Source: Octopus sinensis (Eukaryota). Taken from it: DNA of 24,573 nucleotides. The translations under genes were made by a program, and so were the position numbers. The stretch's first letter is position 1. Each line of letters opens with the position of its first letter. A model generated the notes under the pieces. That model did no database searches and was not told the DNA's origin. It was given only the letters and a program-made list of their open reading frames with translations. Location of the stretch: contig NW_021836337.1 of NCBI RefSeq assembly GCF_006345805.1, positions 1 to 24,573 of the forward strand, in the 5' to 3' direction. Of this stretch, positions 10,250-20,070 are shown piece after piece.

Positions 10250-11562
10250 ATATTGTTCCTGCCCCTTTAACTGCTGTTGTTACTGCTATTACTATTGTAC
10301 GCAGCAATTGTTAAAGCAATTATGTCAGCATCAACGGTAGAGTGGAGGTTTCCAATGTCTTGTTCTTTGATAATTACAGAGCGCTCTGAAGTGGCCGTCC
10401 ATAACAGAAGTTGACTCTTGGCCTTCTGCCCTCAGCCGCAACACACAGCTCCATTCAATTGGGCAGGTGGATAACTTCTTCAATCTGTTCCACCTCTTCC
10501 GGTTTGATATGGAAGAGGTTCCCCACGGTGATCTAAGACAAAATCTCCTTCTTTCCGTTTATTTCACCTCATTAAGTTATCATTACAATCCAAAGTAAGA
10601 GGGCCACAACCATCAGATGTCCAAACCAAGTGGAACTCTATCTTAATGCGACAGGTCATTTCCCCCTAAAGAGTGAGCACCCTGTTGTATACATGAACTA
10701 TGTGGTGCTACAGGACGAGGGCCCTTTTGCTTTGGTCACATGGTTTAAATATCTCCATATTTCTTTCAATATTCTTTTCCCTTGGGTGGGTGCCACTGCT
10801 TCTAGCGTTGGCATTCAGACGACACACAGGGATACAACACCGTCTTCGGTGCCATTGTTGCCAAAACCACAGCGGGGATGGCAACCTGTGCTCTCCTCCA
10901 TTTCACTAGGTGTTTCACCTGTTTCAGTTGTACCTGTTTGTCATTTAAGGAGTGCAAGAAATAATGGGTTGATTTCATCGCCATCTCAACAAAAGTTTGT
11001 CTCTCCAACCCTTACTGTGTAGACGTCACCGTGGTCGCTGTATTGTTGTTGCTGATACTATTAATAATGTTACGATCGCTGTCCTTGTTGAAGCTGCCAC
11101 AATTACAGTTGTTATTGTTGTTGTTGGTTTTGTATTTGCTCTTGTGGCTTCTGTTGTTCCTGTGGCTCTTATTCTTGTTTTTATGGATTTTAATTTTGCT
11201 GCTCCTGCTGTCTTTGTGGATTGTTTAGTTAAAATAATTATCGCAAATTCTGTTGCTGTTGCTGCTGTTATCGTCCTTTTTCTTTCTCCTGAAACTAGTA
11301 GTTCAGTGTTATTTTCCTGCTATCTCCTCATTTAAACCGTTCATGGGCGTAAAAACCACCTAAAGCCAACGAATAAAATGCAAACGCAAGTAAACAAATA
11401 TTACAATAATTGAACCTTTTAGAGCACAGATTTGAAGCAGGCAAAGCAAAGATCCAAATTTAATGCTTCAACAAAAATTTACAATTCTGAACAAAATATT
11501 TTCAATAATATCAAGTAAACATTTGGTAGCAGATGTGGCACACCTCCAACACAAGCGGCGAC
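9360..11562 (-). mobile_element. Tx1/L1-like element, copy C: apparent 5' UTR, decayed ORF1, extreme ORF2 C-terminus and 3' UTR (ORF2 mostly missing)
   Basis: 10375-10508(-) reads IKPEEVEQIEEVIHLPN*MELCVAAEGRRPRVNFCYG, like the V.VEGR.P.C..C region of L1/Tx1 ORF1. 9570-9810(-) reads KEQAAAFCLTL and NVQREARVNVTPL, which match copy B AVFFCLV and NVARVARVNGPTL. T-rich 3' UTR ends AATAAGAAAAAAAG. Both ends abut (ATT)n. Confidence 0.65.
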
Positions 11563-11572
11563 GATGATGATG

Positions 11573-11643
<71 letters not shown>
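11563..11643. repeat. (GAT)n(AAT)n microsatellite
   Basis: Visible. Confidence 0.97.
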
Positions 11644-11645
<2 letters not shown>

Positions 11646-12201
11646 ATGCCCTCATACAATATTAGGCAGTCGCTCTCATGGCTTCTCATCTTAACTGATT
11701 GGAAGTGTTGTCATGTACATTGTTTTGTCTTGGTATAAAAGATGGGCTACAGCAAATATTCTGTTCAATACCACAGATTTGCTTGTCAGTTGTTTGACCT
11801 TAACCAGTTGAGCATGTCCCTTAGTGGCTGACGATATGTGCATCTCTGATCATGAGCAAGAGTAATGGAGGAGCATCATAGCCGTGGGTTGAAAGGAACT
11901 CTTTGGGGTTTGGATAATTCCCCTTTGGAAGCATGGGTGGTTCGTTCAACATCCTTAAACAATCCTTATTCAGGGACCTTTTGAGCGGGATGAGCTACTC
12001 GACCAGAAGAAGATTCTAACTGGGCCCCACCTACAAGGTCATGTGCTGTTTATCTTGACATGAGATCAAAATGTCACGCACATATGGTAGTGATGCATGT
12101 CCTGGTGTACCCTTATCAGACAGGTGGTCATGATGGGTATTACTGGGCTTCGTATAGTTTACCCCAGTGTCACTTTGATAGCATGCACTGCTCTCTCACT
12201 C
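11644..12201. mobile_element. Unclassified ~560-bp non-coding interspersed element embedded in (AAT)n
   Basis: Sharp boundaries against (AAT)n on both sides; no ORF, Pol III boxes or TIRs. I recall a similar sequence as an abundant octopus repeat, which needs confirming by search. Confidence 0.6.
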
Positions 12202-12240
12202 AATAATAATGATGATGATGATGATGATGATAATGACGAC
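12202..12240. repeat. (AAT)n(GAT)n microsatellite
   Basis: Visible. Confidence 0.95.
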
Positions 12241-12699
12241 GCATTCACTACACAGGCAAAAGTTCCAAGATGCTGTGGATCGAAACGATCGAATGTACTT
12301 CAGAGCTTGAAAGTTAACTCGTTTTATCTACTCTCTGGTGGGGGATAGGATGAAACCAAATTTTCAGCCTATTTGCCCTTAAATAGATAAAACCTGTGAA
12401 ATTTATGTGTCACATGATTTCTGCGAGTTGCGCTTCATCCGCAGCAGGCACCCTTCAACTAATGTTGAGCCAAATCTTGTCGTTACTGCTGTAGGAAAAG
12501 ACTGATCAATCTGTCATTGGCGTTGTAAATAGATAGCAGTCTCAACGCCAGTGCCATATTTTTCGTCTCAAGTCGAAAACCGCAGTTTATGGCGACTTCA
12601 TAGGACATCCATGTACTGTTCGATGTCTAAATCAATATTTATAATTATATTTGACTCTTCTGGATTTAATTAAGAAGGAACTTGTTTTCCAACAAAAAT

Positions 12700-14012
12700 T
12701 CAAGGCTTCTTCTTTGGAATGTAGAAATCGAAAACAATGTCACATTTTAAACCTGAGAAAAGTCTTGAATATCTTTACTGTTCCGCTTACAGATTCTATT
12801 TGTAATGTGCGAATCAGATGGTTGATTTCTTTATCTGAAAATTCAAGTTGATCCAAACTGACAGTTAAACATTTACTTACAAAACCAAGTGTTCCAATTA
12901 TTATCGATATAAATGTAAATTTGTAATCCGGATATAGGAGCTGGAGGTTTCGAAGTAGTTGTCCATAGTCATCTTCTTTCTCTTTGATTTTCAAAGAGAC
13001 ATTCACCTCAGCAGGACAGCTTACATCTATGGTGATACGTTCGCTTTCTTGTCTGTCTCAAACAACAATATCCGGCCTGTTATGCTTACACTTGACAGAT
13101 GTTTTGATGAGACTGTTCCGTCAGTATTCCTTATGTTGATATTTGTGTACGTATTAAATAACGAGAGGATTCTCTATATTTATTCCCGGACAGTCTTTTT
13201 TCCGAATAACATTGTGTATTTTTTTTGCGATAACATCATTCTGCATAGGGAGGTAGTATATTGATGACATTTTGGGAAGCTGCTAATCAGAAGTGTGATG
13301 TCTTACACAGAAATATGACATAATCTCTATCTACGGTTGCATCTTGGAACTCCAAGGGCTTGGCTGACTCTTTTTCTGATTAGGTATTTAGTGGCAGTCT
13401 CCTGTTCTTGGATTGCAAATGGATAACCTTCAAAGTGTGATGTGATGTAGTGGTCACGAGTCAAAGAGAAGCTTCACTTCATGACAATGTTAGAATCTTC
13501 TTCAAGTCTACGAGAACCATAACCATGCATGGTCTTCTCTTTTTCTTTTTTGTTATGGTATGCTGAGCGTTTCACCTCCAGGTCTTCCTAGAGATATGCT
13601 AATCCGGCCGATTTGTGATTGCATGGGTGATCATCAGGAAGAGAGTACTTCCCGAGGAGTTCACTTCCAACACTTTTCAGCACTAAGTTAATATATCTGT
13701 TTTTGCTGCTGTTGCTTAGCAATTGCTGTCTGAGAGAGACTATTCGACATTCAAATGTTGTCTGCACTGTTTTCAAGCTTCTACCTTCTTTGTGTCTTCC
13801 TAGGTAGAGCCTGCTGATATCACTATTTTTTTTGTGGAGATTTCCAGTTGGTGTTAGAATTCTGCGGGTTTTAATGTCTTTGGAGTAGATTTTTTTACAG
13901 ACCAGTCAAGTATCCCAAATGTTGCAATCAGGAATGGTATTACAAATGCATTGTCAGATATCGACCTGTTGTAAGGAGAGAGTTCTGGCTGCCATATTTT
14001 TCTTAGTCTGGT
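12700..14012 (-). mobile_element. R4/Dong-clade (RLE) non-LTR retrotransposon, 5'-truncated, pseudogenised
   Basis: Minus frames in order: TRLRKIWQPELSPYN..FGILDW, DIKTRRILT..SDISRLYLGRHKEGRSL, SHFEGYPFAIQEQE, R*RLCHISV*DITLLISS (decayed CCHC zinc knuckle), KHNRPDIVV*DRQE..IDVSCPAEVNV..K.KEKEDDYGQL (RLE) and IIIGTLG, with a stop at ~12740. Confidence 0.92.
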
Positions 14013-14189
14013 GTATATGTATGTGTGTATGTATATAGATATGTATACGCATATGTACATATATATATATATAGGTTGGGACAAATTTTCATCACGTTTG
14101 TTCCACCAGGGTCGACTTAGAGTTAAATAGCATGAGACACAGCAATAATATATTTAAACAAACGTCAATAACGTGCAAAGAATTCAGAA

Positions 14190-14260
14190 AGTCCAAGGGA
14201 CGTCACTAAATACCGAAATGCTTTTGGTGTGTGATTCTACCGATTCTGCCGCGAACCACT
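14190..14260 (-). mobile_element. Possible highly decayed SINE head (same family as 9024-9248)
   Basis: AAATACCGAAATGCTTTTGGTGTG..CCGATTCTGCC resembles AAATCCCGCTAAGCATTTCAGCTGGTGTGCTAACGATTTTGCC at 9192-9234. Confidence 0.35.
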
Positions 14261-14378
14261 ATTGAAATCTATTAGTAACAACACAAACAATCATTGTGAA
14301 TTTTATCTGAATTATAACATTAGAAAATGACAACTACTATATTCACACTAATTACATTAATCATTAATTATCTGTTAT

Positions 14379-14401
14379 TATTATTACCATTATTATTATT
14401 A

Positions 14402-14475
<74 letters not shown>

Positions 14476-14476
14476 G
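14379..14476. repeat. (ATT)n microsatellite
   Basis: Visible. Confidence 0.97.
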
Positions 14477-14584
14477 TGCCCACTTTATCATTGCTATTAT
14501 TAAAATTAATATTACTATCATTATAACTGTGACTATAATTATCACGACAATTATCAATATTGCAAGTGGAAGCGCTGTTTGTCA

Positions 14585-15177
14585 CATCTGTCTGTCTGTC
14601 TGTCTGGCAGGCTGTCTCTCTGTTTCTCTCGCCCTCTCTCTCTCTCTCTCTCTCTCTTTCTTTCTTTGCTCTCTACTTCTCATTCCTTTTCAAACCACAC
14701 CACCAGCAACACTACAAACACTATCATACTGTCGGTACATCATTTAAAAACCCTACACTTCTTCAAGTTCTCCTCATCACCGTATTTCCTTGCTTCTCAC
14801 TTATCCCGCCCACCCAATCCGGCTTCTTCACTACCGCTGCTTACCAGCCGCCTCGCAGCCGCCGCCCCCACCCCAGTGACTTTCCCTATCACATCTCTCA
14901 TTCTTTCCTCGCTCTTCTAGCTTCTTCCACCATCACCATTCTACCGCCTCCTACTCTCAATCTCTCCGCCTCTCTTTCTCTCTCACTCATAGTCCATCTG
15001 TCTCTCTCTCTCTCTCTCTTTCACCGTCTTCCATACCTTATATTTATTGTTTATTGCTACCATTTTCATACGTTTACTATCCCCTCGTATACGTACCTCC
15101 GCTACCTTCGTTCTCACATTCCGGGACTCCATGTGTAACCACACACTCACACAGACACGCACACACACACACACACA

Positions 15178-15219
<42 letters not shown>

Positions 15220-15229
15220 ACACATACAC

Positions 15230-15260
<31 letters not shown>

Positions 15261-15290
15261 TACATACGTACAAACATACATACAAGCCCA
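14585..15290. repeat. Pyrimidine-rich low-complexity tract with (CTGT)n, (CT)n and (CA)n
   Basis: Visible strand asymmetry and repeats. Confidence 0.85.
14805..14904 (+). promoter_or_regulatory. Speculative TATA-less promoter-like cluster (GC box, CCAAT, Inr-like)
   Basis: CCCGCCC at 14805-14811, CCAAT at 14814-14818, a CpG-rich patch to ~14870 and TCATTCT at 14898-14904. These are short motifs only, with no associated gene. Confidence 0.15.
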
Positions 15291-15519
15291 CACCAACGCA
15301 ACCTTCCAATATGACCAGAATTACATTTTATTTAAATTTTTATTGTCTTTCCTCTGTTTATTTATTAATCTAACTTTTTTTCTTCTTTCCGCTGTAATTT
15401 TGATGCATATAACTCCTTCCGCATCACCACAATTATTATAGCAGAGTTATAACATACTTAAATATATATATTTTTTCTTCAGTACACGAATAATGTATAC
15501 AAACACACTGATAAACATA

Positions 15520-15790
15520 GTCATATATTCATACACACATATGTATGCACACTCACATATATACACATATATATACACGTATATATGTATATACACAAGA
15601 GTGTGTGTTTGTGCATATATATATATATAATATATATATACGTGCATATATGTGTGTGTATATATATATATATACATATAAATACACGAATATATGTATA
15701 TACATATATACATATACATATATATATATGTATATATATATATGTATATATATATATGCGTGTGTGTGTGTATTTACATTACACACAAAA
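15520..15790. repeat. (TA)n/(CA)n/(TG)n microsatellite field
   Basis: Visible. Confidence 0.93.
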
Positions 15791-15791
15791 A

Positions 15792-16215
15792 ATCATCATC
15801 ATCATCATTGTTCGACCGTGGTCGAGACAATGGAATTTACCATGCTACGCCAGACTTCACGGTCTATTACGGAGGTCCTGTTGCTTGATGCCTGTATCCC
15901 TGGAGATTACATCAGGGTAGGAGAGTGTGCGTTCTCTGGTAATGCGAGTAGATGGCTTCCAGAGGAGAAGAGTAGAAATTGCCTCGTTTTCAGCTCTACA
16001 ACAATATGTCCAGCAAACTGGACTCTCCTACCTTTCACAAGAGATGACACAGGTGGTAGTTTCCCATATATTTGCATTTTGGTTGGATGACGTTTCCACG
16101 AGAGATTTTGAGCTCTCATAAGGAGGCGAGTGTAAGTTCCATCCAACCGCCTCTTCAGCTTCTTTGATAACGTCCAGGTTTCTGAGCCATAATAGTAGAA
16201 TTGGTTCGACACAAA
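15792..16215 (-). mobile_element. RTE-clade LINE 3' end, 5'-truncated, with (GAT)n tail
   Basis: YGSETWTLSKKLKRRLDGTYTRLLMRAQNLSWKRHP..IYGKLPPVSSLVKGRRVQFAGH is the typical RTE post-RT pattern (YG.ETW, W...R..FAGH). Terminates in AACAATGATGATGATGATGA. Confidence 0.92.
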
Positions 16216-16392
16216 AAATAGAGTAAGGCCTTGTACGCTTCTGTTTAAAGCGTGTACAAAACACAAACGAGCAAACTCAAAAATCCACTCTCTCTTTCGC
16301 GTGTGCGTGCACACATGTAAATTTCTATATCACTTGATTAAATTAATCAACACACGGTCATACATAAAAGCATCCTCGCACACACACACACA

Positions 16393-16442
16393 TTTTTTTT
16401 TTTTTTTTTTTTTTTTAGTTTCAGCTCAGAGCTGCGGCCATG
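16393..16442 (-). mobile_element. 25-bp retroposon 3' stub with A-rich tail
   Basis: CATGGCCGCAGCTCTGAGCTGAAAC is followed by T and then ~24 A on the minus strand; identical core at 2179-2203. Confidence 0.75.
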
Positions 16443-16514
16443 TATATTTTTTTAATGTATTTTACATTATATTATATTATGTTATACAATATAACATTGT
16501 ATTATAATATAATC

Positions 16515-16800
16515 TGAAATTTCATGGAGAGCTATTTCGAGGGTTTCGTTTCCGGTCATCAGCTGATAGAAGAAAGAAGAACAAAATCAAGATAACAGAA
16601 GAGATATTTAGCTGATATTTGAAGTGAAGGAAGAAACACTTAAAACTCCGATGAAGTTTCTTTATCTTTCTGCATAACCAAATGTCTGTTACGCCCTACC
16701 ATATATAAATAAATAAGAAAGTTAGGGGTTGTGTGACCAACCCACTAAGGGATAATACCTATCCAATAAGCTGTTGGTATAATACTTAATTATTAATACA
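16515..16800 (-). mobile_element. Possible decayed Penelope-like terminal repeat
   Basis: Contains CTGATGA...GAAA hammerhead-core-like words on the minus strand (16521-16562); otherwise unclassified. Confidence 0.3.
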
Positions 16801-16927
16801 CAAGTGTTTTTTATTGCATTGCAATTAACTTACCTATTGTATTAAATGGGTGAAGGTAAAGAGATATTTTACCATTAATTTGTATTGCAAATAAGAAAAT
16901 GGAGAAGCACAATAGTTGGTTTCTCTC

Positions 16928-17050
16928 AAAGCTCTTGTAGGCCCGATGTTATAGTAGAAGACTAATAGCCAGGGTGCCACGCAGTGTGACTGAACCTGGA
17001 ACCACGTGGTTGGGAATCAAGCTACTTACCACACAGCTACGCCCGCGCCT
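16928..17050 (-). mobile_element. 5' half (tRNA head and CORE start) of the OR2-like SINE
   Basis: Reverse complement AGGCGCGGGCGTAGCTGTGTGGTAAGTAGCTTG..GGTTCCAGGTTCAGTCACACTGCGTGGCACC matches the 20722 head. Confidence 0.88.
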
Positions 17051-17087
17051 ATATATAAATATTTGCCAATGTATGCGTCTGTGTTGT

Positions 17088-17133
<46 letters not shown>

Positions 17134-17224
17134 ACATACCATGCGTACACATATATTCATACACGCTTATACACACAAACACACTCATATTACCATCAGC
17201 CGTGCACAGTTTTTCCTCAAGTTT

Positions 17225-17643
17225 GTGTTAGAGCCGAAATAAATAAAATCCGAGCGAATTCTTCCATGTCGATCGCCTTTAGTTTATCTCGGTATGTTGA
17301 ATAATCCAGAATTGCTATATCTACCTCTTGAAATGTAGAGCAACAATGAAATATTGCACAATCTTAGATTTTCTCGGAAGTGTCCTGGTTGTAACAAAAC
17401 GAACGTTATATAATTAATCAAAGCGAATTCTTTTTTATATGCTTTAGATTTTTCAATATCGATAGCAATTCGCGCAGAATGGAATTTACAATATTCTTCA
17501 ATTTTTTTGTTCTCCCCATTTAGGATTTAAAACAATGTATTTAAGAAATATAGCTTAAGAATTCATACTTGTACAGATATGCTCCGAAGTAAATCTTCAG
17601 CTACTTCGATGTAAGATAGTGGTATGAAAATGGGCACGTACAT
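17225..17643 (-). pseudogene. Possible decayed coding fragment, identity unknown
   Basis: Non-repetitive, protein-like frames broken by two stops and a shift: MYVPIFIPLSYIEVAEDLLRSISVQV*..*ILNGENKKIEEYCKFHSARIAIDIEKSKAYKKEFALINY.. and FQEVDIAILDYSTYRDKLKAIDMEEFARILF. No family recognised. Confidence 0.2.
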
Positions 17644-19340
17644 TTATTCATATAATTACATCAATTTATATATGTGTGCATGCACATAGTTGTGTACTTA
17701 ATGAATCTGTTGACGTAGGAGTGTATCTGCGTCTACGAAATATATATGATGTCAATAACGATTAGCTTGTTATTAGAAAAAATTTAGTTCCAACTAAATG
17801 CATGGAGTATTACTATTGTTCTTTTCTTCATGTTCTTTCGCTCTCGCACACAAACACTCGATAATTCTTGTGACTATACTAAATTAATTCCAGCTTGACA
17901 AGCTTCTATACACCCTAGAAAATGCTTTGTCTGTAGTTCTCAAATAGGAAGAGATGTTTCAGCCGATCTCCAATGGAAGGAGACGCTGTCAATCGCTGAG
18001 GAGCCGGAATCCCGCCGAAACACTGTCCTAGCCTGTTAACAGTTTGGTGTGCCTTTGCAAAAGAATGTCTATCAGGAGATATTTTCCTCGGGGAGAAAAT
18101 ATTGCAACAAATGCCTTTTAAAATTTCTTTTGGTGGCACTTATAAGAAATAAATATGCACATCTTTATACACAGACCTCACTCTCACAAAACACATCACA
18201 CATACACACACAAAGATATATATATGTGTGTGTGTGTGTATGTATTATAATTCCATACCCTATAATGTTTTATATATATATACATCAATCATTTTATAAC
18301 ATATTAAATTATAGTATATACATACACACACACGCGCACACATAGACACACACAGATATATATATATATATATTATATATATATATTCACATGTGTGTGT
18401 GGGGGAGGGGGGTGTATGAGATGTTTTTAAAACACAATAAATCCTATAATTTTCGAGAAAGAAAGAGAGGTGCGAGTGAGAGTGATGGTGGAAGAAGATA
18501 AAGACGGAGTGATCGGAGAGAAGAGAGTAATTTAAAGGAGAAATAAAGTTAAGAAAATGTAATAGAAATGGAGATAGGTGATTGAAACTTTTGGAAAATA
18601 TATGTAGGCTTTTTATTTATAAATTTGAAATGCAAAAATTACATATAAAATGCATTATAATATATATGTAACCAATTTGAGATACCTTGAAAAGCAGTCT
18701 TGCACAAACTCCAGGAAGCTTTGGGATAATTTTACCAAAAATATGGAAAATATGTAGAATATGTGAAAATGATATTCAGCTTGTAATTGTAATTTTGAAG
18801 CAATGTAAGAAGATAAGTATAAGGAGAGAGGAAAATATTCATGGTACCACAGAGTTAAGAGGAAGTGTGTAAAATCTAATAAGAAACAAAATTCAATAGA
18901 ATTCAGCTGTTATGACGTAAAATAATAGGCAGTAACAATTGCTAAGCGTGCCTCCAAAACTTTACAACATAGGGTCTTCGGGTTCTTTTTATGAAAGGAA
19001 GAACTCTCACTTAAACACAAATCACACTGCCCATAAAAGGGGAGGAAGAGCTATAATTTGTATGGTCTATCGAGTTCGAAGTTTATTCGAACTGGATATG
19101 AATTTGTCAAATGCAACCCATCCAAATATACAGATAAATACGCGGGAAACACGTATTTTTGTCTGATGGTATACTCAAGTTGGTAAGGACGTACCTTAAA
19201 CGTATTGTTCGTTAACTTGGAGATTGTATGCACCAATATACAAACATGCAAACACACACACACTCACACACACACACACACACACAATATGTATGTATGT
19301 GTATATTTGTATGTGTATATATATATATACATACATATAT

Positions 19341-19525
19341 ATAGGGAGAGTTTACGAAAAAGCAAAAGAAGAAGACAGGTGGTGAACAAGCAGATGTATT
19401 AGTATAACACTCAGGAATAGAAAAAGTATTTTACGTTTCGTGCCTACGCTCTTCTACAGAAAGGGACACAGAAAAAAAAACAAAGAGAGAAAAAATTTGT
19501 GTAGTGGCTAACGATCTATCATGGC
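19341..19525 (-). mobile_element. Penelope-like terminal-repeat fragment inserted in (TA)n
   Basis: Carries a minimal hammerhead-like motif on the minus strand (19426-19465). Its first 21 bp recur at 4256-4276. Flanked by (TA)n/(TATG)n. Confidence 0.6.
19426..19465 (-). ncRNA. Degenerate minimal type I hammerhead ribozyme-like motif
   Basis: CTTT-CTGTAGA-A-GAGC-GTAG-GCAC-GAAAC-GTA-AAAT: helix I TTT/AAA, core CUGUAGA (canonical CUGANGA), helix II with one mismatch, palindromic ACGT helix III. Confidence 0.45.
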
Positions 19526-20070
19526 GACTATATTTATGTATATGTATTTGTATATATATTTGTGTACGTATTTGTATATATATATCTGTTTCTCAAATTT
19601 TGGATGAAAATTTAACCAGTCAAAATTCTATTCAGTTGATAATGTTTCATATTTGATCTTGAATAGCTTCCCAGTTTTCAACTATTATCAATTTATCGAT
19701 TTTGGTTCCCCAGTGTATGATGGTGCATTTAAAACAGAGTGAAGCAATAGGAAGATCCAGCTTCCGATTATTTATTGAATATATTGTTTTATATAGAGTA
19801 ATGGTTACACACACATACACACATAATAAACATGCTTATGTAGTCTTTCTCTATTGGAATATTCCAAAAGATCATAATGTAATTCCTTGTATTGACCTTT
19901 TACATGTTAAGATGATTTTCCACCCAAAGTATTTCGAAATGCAAGTTTATATATTTATATAAGTTTTGTAGTTTAAATTGGATGCGAAATGAAACAATTG
20001 TACGTGAAAATGATAATGAATTAATCAATTAATTAATTTGCATCCATGGGATCTCTCCGTTTTCAAACTT

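Noticed and set aside
10630-11335. Plus-strand hydrophobic ORFs resembling membrane proteins
   Set aside because: Antisense of the ACA/GCA-rich low-complexity region of copy C; the hydrophobicity comes from GTT/GCT repeats.
17890-18160. More GC-balanced island with a small hairpin ATATTTTC/GAAAATAT and ORF 17915..18139
   Set aside because: No recognisable peptide or consistent splice pair, and an 8-bp AT-rich stem is expected by chance.
18690-19240. Possible decayed coding sequence (CRIC and KCNPSK words)
   Set aside because: Frequent stops in all frames, and I could not align ordered motifs to any family.
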